DNA of 64,000 bases, taken from NCBI RefSeq assembly GCF_044647545.1, contig NZ_CP172818.1; one strand, 5' to 3'. The stretch comes from Escherichia coli (GTDB taxonomy: Bacteria > Pseudomonadota > Gammaproteobacteria > Enterobacterales > Enterobacteriaceae). This document shows, piece after piece, positions 1-11,399 of the stretch; the stretch's first letter is position 1; the number at the start of each line of letters is the position of its first letter. Under the pieces are notes generated by a model that saw only the letters and a list, made by a program, of their open reading frames with translations, made no database searches and had not been told where the DNA came from. The position numbers and the translations under genes were made by a program.

Positions 1-454
1 ACCGGTGATCTTGCAGCGTCTGCGCAGTTCGGGAGAATTACCCACGGCGCTGCGGACATCACTCGGCATTCAGCTCGCTCCTGCGCTGGTGGCCTGTAGT
101 GCCTGGCTGAGCGTCAACGGCGGCGAGGGTGACACGCTGGCGAAAATGCTTTTCGGTTATGGACTGCTGCAACTGCTGTTTATGCTACGTCTGATGCCAT
201 GGTATCTCTCCCAGCCATTTAATGCTTCATTCTGGAGTTTCTCGTTCGGCGTATCTGCACTGGCAACCACCGGTTTGCATCTGGGGATTGGCAGCGATAA
301 TGGATTTTTCCATACGCTGGCGGTGCCGCTGTTTATCTTTACCAATTTTATTATTGCAATACTGCTCATCCGTACTTTTGCGCTTCTGATGCAGGGAAAA
401 TTGTTAATCAGAACCGAGCGCGCCGTTTTAATGAAAGCAGAGGACAAAGAATGA
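1..454 (+). CDS. tehA: Tellurite-resistance / dicarboxylate-type transporter TehA, C-terminal part (5' end lies outside window)
   Basis: ORF 5..454 is open to the window edge; hydrophobic membrane segments; its stop overlaps the next start (ATGA). Confidence 0.85.
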   Translation, partial: PVILQRLRSSGELPTALRTSLGIQLAPALVACSAWLSVNGGEGDTLAKMLFGYGLLQLLFMLRLMPWYLSQPFNASFWSFSFGVSALATTGLHLGIGSDNGFFHTLAVPLFIFTNFIIAILLIRTFALLMQGKLLIRTERAVLMKAEDKE

Positions 455-1044
455 TCATTCGTGACGAAAACTATTTTACTGATAAATATGAATTAACCCG
501 CACACACTCTGAAGTGCTGGAAGCGGTGAAAGTGGTTAAACCGGGTAAAACGCTGGATCTGGGCTGTGGCAATGGTCGTAACAGTCTTTACCTGGCAGCC
601 AATGGTTATGATGTTGACGCATGGGATAAAAATGCCATGAGTATCGCCAACGTCGAGCGCATTAAGTCCATTGAAAATCTGGATAATTTACACACCCGGG
701 TCGTTGATCTGAATAACCTCACATTTGATGGACAGTACGATTTTATTCTTTCGACTGTGGTGCTGATGTTCCTTGAGGCTAAAACCATCCCAGGGCTGAT
801 TGCCAATATGCAACGTTGCACTAAACCTGGCGGTTACAACCTGATTGTGGCGGCGATGGATACCGCTGATTATCCATGTACCGTCGGCTTCCCGTTTGCC
901 TTCAAAGAGGGAGAATTACGTCGATATTACGAAGGCTGGGAGAGGGTGAAATACAATGAAGACGTCGGCGAGCTGCACCGCACCGACGCCAACGGTAATC
1001 GTATTAAACTGCGTTTCGCCACGATGCTGGCACGTAAAAAATGA
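451..1044 (+). CDS. tehB: Tellurite methyltransferase TehB (SAM-dependent)
   Basis: 197-aa ORF with SAM-binding motif [15 protein letters not shown]; translationally coupled to tehA. Confidence 0.93.
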   Translation: MIIRDENYFTDKYELTRTHSEVLEAVKVVKPGKTLDLGCGNGRNSLYLAANGYDVDAWDKNAMSIANVERIKSIENLDNLHTRVVDLNNLTFDGQYDFILSTVVLMFLEAKTIPGLIANMQRCTKPGGYNLIVAAMDTADYPCTVGFPFAFKEGELRRYYEGWERVKYNEDVGELHRTDANGNRIKLRFATMLARKK

Positions 1045-1346
1045 CCCGCTAAGAACAAGGCGCGTGAAAATTCCCCCCGCTGAGATGGTTTACTGTTCTT
1101 CTTTTCGGTAAGCATAATTTTTATCGAAGGGATGTGAAATTAATCACAGTAGTCGAAGTTTTTTAGCAGCTTAACTTACTGAAATTTAACTACTGATGAT
1201 TGACTTAGCCCCTTTTTCGGCATTGACTATGTCGTCTGTAAAGGGGCTGAAAAATTTATTTTCACCAACACTTTTTTTGCCACAACACGAAGCGGCGCTT
1301 TTTGCTATAACTTAAAAAGTAATATAATCATCTCAGGAAACTATTC

Positions 1347-2015
1347 ATGCGTACCACATCAATTGCGAAAGTTGCAGCTTTATGCGGCTTGTTGGCTCTG
1401 TCTGGTTGTGCCTCTAAAATCACCCAGCCAGATAAATATTCTGGTTTTTTAAACAATTACTCTGATTTAAAAGAAACAAATTCTGCAACGGGTAAACCTG
1501 TTTTACGTTGGGTAGACCCGAGTTTTGATCAAAGCAAATATGACAGCATCGTCTGGAACCCAATCACTTATTATCCGGTACCGAAACCTTCAACCCAGGT
1601 AGGGCAGAAAGTTCTGGATAAAATTTTGAACTATACCAACACCGAAATGAAAGAAGCGATAGCGCAGCGTAAACCACTGGTTACCACCGCTGGGCCGCGT
1701 AGTCTGATTTTCCGTGGGGCCATTACCGGTGTAGATACCAGCAAAGAAGGGCTGCAATTCTATGAAGTGGTTCCTGTTGCATTAGTGGTTGCGGGGACGC
1801 AAATGGCTACAGGCCACCGTACCATGGATACTCGCTTGTATTTTGAAGGTGAGCTGATTGATGCAGCGACTAATAAACCGGTTATCAAAGTCGTTCGTCA
1901 GGGCGAAGGTAAAGACCTGAATAACGAAAGTACGCCAATGGCTTTCGAAAATATTAAACAAGTTATTGATGACATGGCGACCGATGCCACCATGTTTGAC
2001 GTTAACAAAAAGTAG
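1347..2015 (+). CDS. ydcL: Lipoprotein YdcL
   Basis: 222-aa ORF; signal peptide with lipobox LALSGC. Confidence 0.9.
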   Translation: MRTTSIAKVAALCGLLALSGCASKITQPDKYSGFLNNYSDLKETNSATGKPVLRWVDPSFDQSKYDSIVWNPITYYPVPKPSTQVGQKVLDKILNYTNTEMKEAIAQRKPLVTTAGPRSLIFRGAITGVDTSKEGLQFYEVVPVALVVAGTQMATGHRTMDTRLYFEGELIDAATNKPVIKVVRQGEGKDLNNESTPMAFENIKQVIDDMATDATMFDVNKK

Positions 2016-2023
2016 TTCCAGAC

Positions 2024-2050
2024 GCGCCATCGTTAGATGGCGCTTTTTAT
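2024..2050 (+). terminator. Rho-independent terminator downstream of ydcL
   Basis: GC stem gcgccatc / gatggcgc with loop gtta, followed by TTTTTATT. Confidence 0.8.
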
Positions 2051-2269
2051 TAACTGTAAAGGTTTCTCTTCTTTTTTCTTCAAATGCCAAAACCCTTATA
2101 ATCTCTCAATACTGTCGCTCCAAACCTACTCTTCTTTTCGCGTCCCAGTTATAGTTATTAACAATCTCTTCCCATCCATTCAACACACTCAAACGCAATA
2201 CATTAAGTATTTCCCTCATCAAAAATCTGATCGTATGTGACAAAGACCGTGAACACACAGGAAAACACA

Positions 2270-3487
2270 TGCCTTCCACGCCGATACGTTTCTTCACAGA
2301 CCAAAGTCATTTGCCTGTGAAACACTACAGCATTTAAATCCATTAGCCCGTGTCAAAGAGCGTGAAATGGCGCTTCCGGCGCATGTCGTTTCGTTTCAAT
2401 CTCTCTGGCACGTCAGAAGAGAATCATGAGCCGTAATAAATACATCCCTTACGGGAAAATGCTTCCTCTGTTGAGTGAAAAACGCCACGAAACCAATGCT
2501 AAAGATCGCCCTCACAGCCATTCAACACACTGAAAGACCTTGAGCGCTTAAAAAACTTCTCCAGAAGCCTGCTTTTCCCCGATCAAAAAGCGGGGACAGA
2601 AGATGCATTCGCTACCCGCAGGGCGTTAAGCTCGACAGGAAAACAGCCGTATTTTTCGCCGAAACTTGGCTGGATGCGCTACCGGAATAGCCGTCAGGTC
2701 ACGGGTGTGTGAAAAATGTCACTGTCAGCCAGTCCTGCGTAAGGTACATCAGTATCAGACTGAAAATGAAGTATCAACTCCGTTCACCCTTCAGCATCAA
2801 TGGTCGGCTGGAGCGCGGGCTAAACTCGCCACGCTGTCAGAGCAAGCTTTGACCTGAAACAGTTTTCAGAAAAACCAGAAGAAGCTGGCGAGACTTCAGC
2901 GACAGTTAAGCCGCAAGGTCAAATTCAGCAATAACTGGCAGAAGCAGAAACGCAAAATACAGCGACTGCATCCTGTACGCAAATATCCGCAGGGACTACC
3001 TTCACAAAGTCACAACGACCGTCAGCAAAAACCACGCAATGATAGTCATTGAGGATTTGAAGGTCAGCAACATGTCAAAGTCAGCAGCGGGTACGGTCAG
3101 CCAGCCGGGGCGCAATGTCCGGGCAAAATCAGGTTTAAACCGTTCGATACTGGATCAGGGCTGGTATGAAATGCGCCGCCAGCTTGAGTACAAGCACCTG
3201 GCGTGGCGGTCAGGTGCTTGCTGCCGCCAGCGTACACAAGCCAGCGTTGCGCGTGCTGTGGTCATACAGCGAAAGAAAATCGCCTGTCACAAAGTAAATT
3301 CAGATGCCAGCATGTGGATATACAGCGAACGCCGATGAAATGCCTCGTAACATTTTAGCGGCGGGGCACGCCGTTCTTGCCTGTGGAGAGATGGTGCATC
3401 AGCCGCTCGTTGAAGCAGGAACCCCCCGAAATGATTTAGCGACAGCCTGAACGTAGCAGGGATCCACGTCCTTCAGGGCGTGAGGAT
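2270..3487 (+). mobile_element. Partial IS200/IS605-family element (IS609-like) carrying only a decayed tnpB; no tnpA
   Basis: TnpB-like coding signal spread over three frames; putative right-end hairpin cacgtccttcagggcgtg at about 3465..3482, directly abutting the ydcO stop. Left boundary is uncertain. Confidence 0.6.
2520..3440 (+). pseudogene. insQ: tnpB (insQ-like) RNA-guided-nuclease-family accessory gene, disrupted by multiple frameshifts
   Basis: TnpB motifs are read in different forward frames: FNTLKDLERLKNF, IRYPQGVKLD, KLGWMRYRNSRQVTGV, QKNQKKLARLQRQLSRKVKFSNNWQKQKRKIQRLH, then ANIRRDYLHKVTTTVSKNHAMIVIEDLKVSNM (RuvC-like IVIEDL), then YTSQRCACCGHTAKENR and ACGYTANA...NILAAGHAVLACGEMV (Zn finger). 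No forward ORF over 100 aa exists here. Confidence 0.75.
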
Positions 3488-4663
3488 TCAATATCGGTTT
3501 CTGTCAGCGATTAAATTCAACACCACGTAACAAACGCCTCCGGCAATTAATCCCCAAAACGCAGAACCAATCCCGGCCAGCGTCAATCCACTTGCCGTTA
3601 CCAGAAATGCCACCACCGCCGCGTCGCGCTCACGCTCATTATGCAGCGCCTGATACAAACTGCCGCCAATGGTACTCAACAGCGCCAGACCTGCCAGCAT
3701 CTGGATCCAACTTACGGGCAGGGCAGCCATCATCCCGGTAATGGCACTACCAAACAGACCTGCGAGCAAATAGAAAATGCCTGCAACGGCAGCTGCCAGC
3801 CAACGTTGATCTTTATCCGGATGCGCTTCCGGGCTTTGGCAAATAGCCGCGGTGATTGCCGCAATACCGACGGAATAAACGCCGAAAGGGGAAAAAACCA
3901 GTGCCAGCAATCCAGTAAATACAATTAATGGCGAAACAGGAGCCGAATATCCGGCTGCTTTCATTGCTGCGATACCCGGTGCGTTTTGCGATGCCATCGT
4001 CACCAGAAAAAGGGGGAGTGCAACGCTCAGGCTGTGAGCAAACGAAAAATCAGGGCTAATATAAGTGGGGAGAACGGGTTTAAAGACAACATCAGTTGTG
4101 ACAACGTCACCTTGCGCGATAACGATCACGCCCCCAATAATCATCGCGGCAATTACCGCATAGCGCGGCGCAACGGCCCTGGTTGCCAGCCATACCAGCA
4201 ACATACTGCCACACAACGTAAATTGACCATCCAGGCTCGCAAACGCCTGTAAACCAAAGCGTAATAAAATCCCGGCAAGCATTGCCGCCGCAAGCGAGTG
4301 CGGAATAATGCGCATCAGACGAGCAAAGAGTCCCGTTATGCCGCAGAGGACTATTAACGCGTTGGTGACAATAAAAACGCCGATGGTTTCGTTAAGTGTT
4401 AGTCCCTGCAATCCGGTGACCAACAAAGCCGCGCCAGGCGTTGACCATGCGGTGAGAACAGGTACGCGATACCATAATGTCAGAGCCAGCGTACTGACGC
4501 CCATTGCCAGCCCCAGCGCCGTCATCCAGCCAGAGATTTGTGCAGTGGTGGCTCCGGCGACAATCGCTGCTTGCCAGATTATTGCCGCTGAACTGGCGTA
4601 GCCAATTAATACCGCCAGAAACCCCGCCAGTAGCGTGGGCGGAGGAATAGAAAACAGACGCAT
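3488..4663 (-). CDS. ydcO: BenE-family inner-membrane transporter YdcO
   Basis: ORF 3488..4786; start placed at the internal Met (MRLFSIPPP...) giving 391 aa; highly hydrophobic. Confidence 0.85.
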   Translation of the reverse strand: MRLFSIPPPTLLAGFLAVLIGYASSAAIIWQAAIVAGATTAQISGWMTALGLAMGVSTLALTLWYRVPVLTAWSTPGAALLVTGLQGLTLNETIGVFIVTNALIVLCGITGLFARLMRIIPHSLAAAMLAGILLRFGLQAFASLDGQFTLCGSMLLVWLATRAVAPRYAVIAAMIIGGVIVIAQGDVVTTDVVFKPVLPTYISPDFSFAHSLSVALPLFLVTMASQNAPGIAAMKAAGYSAPVSPLIVFTGLLALVFSPFGVYSVGIAAITAAICQSPEAHPDKDQRWLAAAVAGIFYLLAGLFGSAITGMMAALPVSWIQMLAGLALLSTIGGSLYQALHNERERDAAVVAFLVTASGLTLAGIGSAFWGLIAGGVCYVVLNLIADRNRY

Positions 4664-4754
4664 AGTCACCTCGTGCGTTATAGCATACAGGCACCGTAGC
4701 ATTTGTCCGTTATAACGCACAAGTGATAAACTTACGTTTTGCCGGAGGAGTCGC

Positions 4755-5291
4755 ATGGAAAATCTCGCTCGCTTTTTATCCACCACACTTAAACAACTAC
4801 GTCAGCAGCGCGGCTGGAGTCTTTCGCGACTGGCAGAAGCGACGGGCGTTTCTAAAGCGATGTTAGGGCAGATTGAGCGTAATGAATCCAGCCCGACGGT
4901 CGCGACATTATGGAAAATAGCCACCGGGTTGAACGTGCCATTTTCGACATTTATTTCTCCGCCGCAGTCCGCAACGCCTTCAGTTTATGATCCACAACAA
5001 CAGGCGATGGTGATCACTTCGCTGTTTCCTTATGATCCACAACTCTGCTTTGAACACTTCTCGATTCAGATGGCACCCGGTGCAATAAGCGAATCGACGC
5101 CCCATGAGAAGGGAGTAATCGAACATGTTGTCGTCATTGATGGGCAACTTGATCTGTGCGTTGATGGTGAATGGCAGAGCCTTAATTGTGGGGAAGGCGC
5201 TCGATTTGCTGCAGACGTCACGCATGTCTATTGTAATGGTGGGGAGCAAATCGTACATTTTCATTCCCTCATCCATTACCCACGCAGTTAA
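4755..5291 (+). CDS. ydcN: XRE-family HTH regulator with cupin domain, YdcN
   Basis: 178-aa ORF; HTH_XRE segment LRQQRGWSLSRLAEATGVSKAMLGQIERNESSPTVATLWKIA; divergent from ydcO. Confidence 0.9.
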   Translation: MENLARFLSTTLKQLRQQRGWSLSRLAEATGVSKAMLGQIERNESSPTVATLWKIATGLNVPFSTFISPPQSATPSVYDPQQQAMVITSLFPYDPQLCFEHFSIQMAPGAISESTPHEKGVIEHVVVIDGQLDLCVDGEWQSLNCGEGARFAADVTHVYCNGGEQIVHFHSLIHYPRS

Positions 5292-5363
5292 GCGGGAAAA
5301 CTATTTCGCAACGTCGCGCTTGTGGCTAAAATAGCCGCCATTTTTCAGCTACTGGATAAGAAT

Positions 5364-7325
5364 GTGACCGTATCTTCTCATCGACTTGAACTGTTAAGCC
5401 CGGCACGCGATGCCGCCATTGCCCGCGAAGCTATTTTGCACGGTGCCGATGCTGTTTATATCGGCGGCCCTGGTTTTGGTGCCCGTCATAATGCCAGTAA
5501 TAGCCTGAAAGATATTGCCGAGCTGGTGCCGTTTGCCCATCGTTATGGTGCAAAAATTTTCGTCACGCTTAACACAATTTTGCATGATGATGAGCTGGAA
5601 CCCGCGCAACGGCTGATTACTGACCTCTACCAGACCGGCGTCGATGCGCTGATTGTTCAGGATATGGGGATTCTGGAACTTGATATTCCGCCGATTGAAC
5701 TGCACGCCAGTACGCAGTGCGATATTCGCACAGTAGAAAAAGCGAAGTTCCTCTCTGATGTTGGCTTTACGCAGATTGTGCTGGCGCGAGAGCTGAATCT
5801 TGAGCAGATCCGCGCGATTCACCAGGCCACGGACGCGACCATTGAATTCTTTATTCATGGCGCACTGTGCGTGGCCTATTCGGGTCAGTGCTACATTTCT
5901 CATGCGCAAACAGGGCGTAGCGCCAACCGTGGCGATTGCTCGCAGGCGTGCCGTTTGCCATACACATTGAAAGACGATCAGGGGCGGGTGGTTTCCTATG
6001 AAAAACATCTGCTGTCGATGAAAGATAACGATCAGACTGCCAACCTCGGCGCGCTGATTGATGCTGGCGTACGCTCCTTCAAGATTGAAGGGCGTTACAA
6101 AGATATGAGCTACGTGAAGAATATCACCGCCCATTATCGCCAGATGCTGGATGCCATTATTGAAGAACGTGGCGATCTGACGCGTGCTTCATCAGGTCGT
6201 ACTGAACATTTCTTTGTTCCATCGACGGAAAAGACTTTCCACCGTGGTAGCACAGATTATTTTGTGAATGCCCGTAAAGGCGATATTGGCGCGTTCGATT
6301 CGCCGAAATTTATCGGCCTGCCGGTGGGCGAAGTATTGAAAGTAGCGAAAGATCATATTGATGTTGCCGTTACCGAGCCACTGGCAAATGGCGATGGCCT
6401 GAACGTGATGATTAAACGTGAAGTCGTCGGTTTTCGTGCCAATACGGTCGAGAAAACCGGAGAAAATCAGTACCGCGTCTGGCCCAATGAAATGCCAGCA
6501 GATTTGCACAAAATTCGCCCGCATCACCCACTAAACCGTAATCTTGATCATAACTGGCAGCAGGCACTGACAAAAACCTCCAGCGAACGTCGGGTGGCGG
6601 TAGACATTGAACTGGGCGGCTGGCAGGAACAACTGATTCTGACCCTCACCAGTGAAGAGGGTGTCAGCATCACGCATACGCTGGACGGGCAGTTCGACGA
6701 AGCCAATAACGCCGAAAAAGCAATGAACAATCTAAAGGATGGTCTGGCAAAACTGGGGCAAACCATCTATTACGCCCGCGATGTGCAAATTAATTTGCCG
6801 GGTGCGCTGTTTGTACCAAACAGTCTGTTAAACCAGTTCCGCCGTGAAGCCGCCGACATGCTGGATGCTGCACGTCTTGCCGGTTACCAGCGGGGCAGCC
6901 GTAAACCGGTTGCTGATCCTGCGCCGGTTTATCCGCAAACGCATCTGAGTTTCCTCGCGAACGTATACAACCAGAAAGCGCGTGAATTTTATCATCGCTA
7001 TGGTGTGCAACTGATTGACGCGGCGTATGAGGCACATGAAGAGAAGGGCGAAGTCCCGGTGATGATCACCAAGCATTGTCTGCGCTTTGCCTTCAATCTG
7101 TGCCCGAAACAGGCGAAAGGCAATATCAAAAGCTGGAAGGCGACGCCAATGCAACTGGTTAACGGCGATGAAGTATTAACGCTAAAGTTTGATTGCCGCC
7201 CATGCGAGATGCACGTCATTGGCAAAATCAAAAATCACATACTGAAAATGCCGTTACCGGGAAGCGTAGTGGCATCCGTAAGTCCGGATGATCTGCTGAA
7301 AACATTGCCGAAGCGAAAAGGGTAA
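5364..7325 (+). CDS. ydcP: Peptidase-U32-family protein YdcP (RlhA, 23S rRNA 5-hydroxycytidine synthase)
   Basis: ORF 5322..7325; GTG start at 5364 would give the 653-aa length I recall. Start is uncertain by 14 codons. Confidence 0.8.
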   Translation: MTVSSHRLELLSPARDAAIAREAILHGADAVYIGGPGFGARHNASNSLKDIAELVPFAHRYGAKIFVTLNTILHDDELEPAQRLITDLYQTGVDALIVQDMGILELDIPPIELHASTQCDIRTVEKAKFLSDVGFTQIVLARELNLEQIRAIHQATDATIEFFIHGALCVAYSGQCYISHAQTGRSANRGDCSQACRLPYTLKDDQGRVVSYEKHLLSMKDNDQTANLGALIDAGVRSFKIEGRYKDMSYVKNITAHYRQMLDAIIEERGDLTRASSGRTEHFFVPSTEKTFHRGSTDYFVNARKGDIGAFDSPKFIGLPVGEVLKVAKDHIDVAVTEPLANGDGLNVMIKREVVGFRANTVEKTGENQYRVWPNEMPADLHKIRPHHPLNRNLDHNWQQALTKTSSERRVAVDIELGGWQEQLILTLTSEEGVSITHTLDGQFDEANNAEKAMNNLKDGLAKLGQTIYYARDVQINLPGALFVPNSLLNQFRREAADMLDAARLAGYQRGSRKPVADPAPVYPQTHLSFLANVYNQKAREFYHRYGVQLIDAAYEAHEEKGEVPVMITKHCLRFAFNLCPKQAKGNIKSWKATPMQLVNGDEVLTLKFDCRPCEMHVIGKIKNHILKMPLPGSVVASVSPDDLLKTLPKRKG

Positions 7326-7370
7326 AACGTCAGTTTTCGGGTTACTCACCACTCATCAAATCTGCATGAT

Positions 7371-7412
7371 ATTGCCTGGCGGGTAAGGCGTCATGCCGCA
7401 TCCGGCAACAAA
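7371..7412. repeat. REP-like palindromic element
   Basis: gcctggcgggtaaggcgtcatgccgcatccggca resembles REP units; lies between the convergent ydcP and yncJ. Confidence 0.5.
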
Positions 7413-7416
7413 TGAC

Positions 7417-7647
7417 TCAACGCTGTCCCGCTTCTGGTTTGCGCGATTTTTGCCAGTAAAAATGCTCGCGCAAACCTTCCGCCGACTCTTCCGCCACAGC
7501 ACGCAATTCATCGCTGTCCGCTTCATGACGCAGCTGATGATCCACATTCTTTACCCACATAAATTCATGTCCTTTGTGCCCTGCCATGAGTTGTCCTGAG
7601 AACAGTGCACACGTTAATAAGACAACCGATAACGCCTTCGAAAACAT
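7417..7647 (-). CDS. yncJ: Small secreted protein YncJ
   Basis: 76-aa ORF with N-terminal signal peptide MFSKALSVVLLTCALFSGQLMA. Confidence 0.8.
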   Translation of the reverse strand: MFSKALSVVLLTCALFSGQLMAGHKGHEFMWVKNVDHQLRHEADSDELRAVAEESAEGLREHFYWQKSRKPEAGQR

Positions 7648-7868
7648 CCCGCCACCTTTTTCTAACCTTTTGCCGCTATGATGCCAATCGTTTCTTGAGG
7701 TTATTATTCAGTTTTGCAAATTAGCGCAAAGAAATTCTGGAATCTTCCTTCCTGATTTTGCATTGCATTCTGCCGTTGCGGCGATTTAGTGCTATTTTCG
7801 AGCAAATTACACACGGAGGTAAACACTAATGTTTACTTTGTTGATATACTCAGCGGCAGGGAGGCGAT

Positions 7869-8045
7869 GTGAAACAAAGCGAGTTCAGACGTTGGCTCGA
7901 ATCTCAGGGCGTCGATGTAGCGAATGGCAGCAACCATTTAAAACTGAGGTTTCATGGGAGGCGCAGTGTCATGCCGCGTCACCCCTGCGATGAGATTAAA
8001 GAACCATTGCGTAAAGCAATCCTGAAACAACTCGGTTTGAGTTAA
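7869..8045 (+). CDS. hicA: HicA mRNA-interferase toxin (type II TA)
   Basis: Hand-translated 58-aa GTG-start ORF (absent from the track): MKQSEFRRWLESQGVDVANGSNHLKLRFHGRRSVMPRHPCDEIKEPLRKAILKQLGLS; directly upstream of hicB. Confidence 0.85.
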   Translation: MKQSEFRRWLESQGVDVANGSNHLKLRFHGRRSVMPRHPCDEIKEPLRKAILKQLGLS

Positions 8046-8069
8046 TCGCCAATTAAAAAGGTTAATGAC

Positions 8070-8507
<438 letters not shown>

Positions 8508-8585
8508 TTACAGTTAACGAAAAGTTGTCATTTTTAACAACTGATATAGACTGCCGAATCATCTGCACATAATTACGATTCGATA

Positions 8586-9992
8586 ATGAAAAAATACCAG
8601 CAGCTTGCAGAACAATTACGCGAGCAGATTGCGTCGGGTATCTGGCAACCCGGCGATCGTTTGCCTTCGTTGCGTGACCAGGTGGCGCTTTCTGGCATGA
8701 GCTTTATGACCGTGAGCCATGCCTATCAGTTGCTCGAAAGTCAGGGATATATTATCGCGCGACCGCAGTCGGGTTATTACGTTGCGCCACAGGCAATAAA
8801 AATGCCGAAAGCGCCAGTCATTCCAGTCACTCGAGATGAAGCAGTCGATATCAACACCTATATTTTTGATATGTTGCAGGCCAGTCGCGATCCGTCGGTA
8901 GTTCCGTTTGCCTCGGCCTTTCCCGACCCGCGACTTTTCCCCCTCCAACAACTAAACCGCTCGCTGGCGCAGGTAAGCAAAACCGCCACGGCGATGAGCG
9001 TGATTGAAAACTTACCGCCAGGAAACGCAGAACTGCGTCAGGCTATTGCTCGTCGCTATGCCTTACAGGGCATCACCATTTCTCCTGATGAAATTGTCAT
9101 TACTGCCGGGGCGTTAGAGGCATTAAACCTCAGTTTGCAAGCGGTAACTGAACCGGGCGATTGGGTGATAGTAGAGAATCCTTGTTTCTACGGCGCGTTG
9201 CAGGCGCTGGAGCGGTTACGGCTGAAGGCGTTATCGGTGGCGACGGACGTTAAAGAAGGGATAGATCTTCAGGCGCTGGAACTGGCGTTGCAGGAGTATC
9301 CGGTGAAAGCGTGCTGGCTGATGACTAATAGCCAGAATCCACTCGGATTTACCTTAACACCGCAAAAAAAAGCACAACTGGTGGCGTTGCTCAATCAGTA
9401 CAACGTAACGCTGATTGAAGATGACGTATACAGCGAACTTTATTTTGGACGGGAAAAACCGCTGCCTGCGAAAGCGTGGGATCGCCACGATGGCGTTTTG
9501 CATTGCTCTTCGTTTTCGAAATGTCTGGTGCCTGGTTTTCGTATTGGTTGGGTCGCCGCCGGAAAACATGCACGTAAAATTCAACGCTTGCAGTTGATGA
9601 GTACGCTTTCCACCAGCTCACCGATGCAGCTTGCGCTGGTGGATTACCTTTCCACGCGCCGATACGACGCCCATCTTCGTCGCCTGCGTCGCCAGCTTGC
9701 GGAACGTAAACAACGTGCCTGGCAGGCACTGCTGCGTTATCTGCCTGCGGAAGTGAAAATTCATCATAATGACAGCGGTTATTTTCTCTGGCTGGAGCTC
9801 CCCGCGCCGTTAGATGCGGGCGAATTAAGCCTGGCAGCACTGACGCATCATATCAGTATTGCGCCGGGTAAAATGTTTTCTACCGGTGAAAACTGGTCAC
9901 GTTTTTTCCGTTTTAATACCGCGTGGCAGTGGGGAGAACGTGAAGAACAGGCGGTTAAACAATTAGGCACACTTATTCAAGAACGGCTGTAA
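8586..9992 (+). CDS. ydcR: MocR/GntR-family regulator with aminotransferase-like domain, YdcR
   Basis: 468 aa; N-terminal GntR HTH; PLP-lysine context SFSKCLVPGFRIGW. Confidence 0.9.
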   Translation: MKKYQQLAEQLREQIASGIWQPGDRLPSLRDQVALSGMSFMTVSHAYQLLESQGYIIARPQSGYYVAPQAIKMPKAPVIPVTRDEAVDINTYIFDMLQASRDPSVVPFASAFPDPRLFPLQQLNRSLAQVSKTATAMSVIENLPPGNAELRQAIARRYALQGITISPDEIVITAGALEALNLSLQAVTEPGDWVIVENPCFYGALQALERLRLKALSVATDVKEGIDLQALELALQEYPVKACWLMTNSQNPLGFTLTPQKKAQLVALLNQYNVTLIEDDVYSELYFGREKPLPAKAWDRHDGVLHCSSFSKCLVPGFRIGWVAAGKHARKIQRLQLMSTLSTSSPMQLALVDYLSTRRYDAHLRRLRRQLAERKQRAWQALLRYLPAEVKIHHNDSGYFLWLELPAPLDAGELSLAALTHHISIAPGKMFSTGENWSRFFRFNTAWQWGEREEQAVKQLGTLIQERL

Positions 9993-10236
9993 TAGCGTTT
10001 AATTTAATTCCTCTCAGGTTGGGTAATATGAATTTCGAATAGCAGTCATATTTCCTAACTCCTTGTCTATACTCCAGAAGATAACCTTACAGACGGCATA
10101 ATGCGCGGTAGCTCACAACCTGATTAAATTTTCTCAGGGGCGAAGGTGTGCCTGCAAGCCGCCGTCTATGGTTAAACAAGGAGATATTTTTACGGCACGG
10201 CGGCTGAACAATTAATTACGACAGGAGTAAGACTTT

Positions 10237-11382
10237 ATGAGCAAGACATTTGCCCGCAGCAGCCTGTGTGCGCTTACCATGACATTAATGACCGCCCACG
10301 CCGCCGAACCTCCCACAAATTTAGATAAACCGGAAGGGCGACTGGATATTATCGCCTGGCCGGGATACATCGAACGCGGACAAACTGATAAACAATACGA
10401 CTGGGTAACGCAATTCGAAAAAGAGACAGGCTGCGCGGTGAATGTGAAAACCGCCGCGACTTCCGATGAAATGGTCAGTCTGATGACCAAAGGGGGTTAC
10501 GATCTGGTTACGGCATCCGGCGATGCCTCGCTGCGCCTGATTATGGGCAAACGCGTGCAGCCGATTAATACCGCATTGATTCCCAACTGGAAAGCGCTCG
10601 ATCCGCGCGTGGTTAAAGGCGACTGGTTTAACGTTGGCGGCAAAGTTTACGGCACACCTTACCAATGGGGGCCGAACCTGCTGATGTACAACACTAAAAC
10701 CTTCCCGACGCCGCCGAATAGCTGGCAAGTGGTTTTTGTTGAGCAGAATCTGCCGGACGGCAAGAGCAATAAAGGCCGCGTTCAGGCTTATGATGGCCCT
10801 ATCTACATTGCGGACGCTGCGTTGTTCGTTAAAGCCACTCAGCCACAGTTGGGCATCAGCGATCCGTATCAACTCACCGAAGAACAGTACCAGGCGGTGC
10901 TGAAAGTGCTGCGCGATCAACATAGTTTGATCCATCGCTACTGGCATGACACTACCGTGCAAATGAGCGATTTCAAAAACGAGGGTGTGGTTGCTTCCAG
11001 TGCATGGCCCTATCAGGCCAACGCCCTGAAAGCCGAAGGCCAGCCTGTCGCTACCGTTTTCCCGAAGGAGGGCGTTACCGGTTGGGCTGATACCACCATG
11101 CTACATAGCGAAGCGAAACATCCGGTTTGCGCCTACAAATGGATGAACTGGTCATTAACCCCAAAAGTGCAGGGCGATGTAGCGGCCTGGTTTGGCTCGC
11201 TACCGGTAGTGCCGCAAGGGTGTAAAGCCAGTCCGTTATTAGGCGAGAAAGGTTGTGAAACAAACGGTTTTAACTATTTCGATAAAATCGCCTTCTGGAA
11301 AACGCCTATCGCAGAAGGGGGCAAGTTTGTTCCCTACAGTCGCTGGACGCAGGATTACATTGCCATTATGGGTGGTCGCTAA
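10237..11382 (+). CDS. ydcS: ABC transporter periplasmic substrate-binding protein YdcS (polyamine-type)
   Basis: 381 aa; signal peptide ending AHA; first gene of ydcSTUV. Confidence 0.9.
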   Translation: MSKTFARSSLCALTMTLMTAHAAEPPTNLDKPEGRLDIIAWPGYIERGQTDKQYDWVTQFEKETGCAVNVKTAATSDEMVSLMTKGGYDLVTASGDASLRLIMGKRVQPINTALIPNWKALDPRVVKGDWFNVGGKVYGTPYQWGPNLLMYNTKTFPTPPNSWQVVFVEQNLPDGKSNKGRVQAYDGPIYIADAALFVKATQPQLGISDPYQLTEEQYQAVLKVLRDQHSLIHRYWHDTTVQMSDFKNEGVVASSAWPYQANALKAEGQPVATVFPKEGVTGWADTTMLHSEAKHPVCAYKWMNWSLTPKVQGDVAAWFGSLPVVPQGCKASPLLGEKGCETNGFNYFDKIAFWKTPIAEGGKFVPYSRWTQDYIAIMGGR

Positions 11383-11399
11383 CTTCGCTGGGGTGTTTT

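Noticed and set aside
5394-6134. 246-aa minus-strand ORF inside ydcP
   Set aside because: Antisense to a 653-aa ORF with consistent peptidase-U32 features; no independent support.
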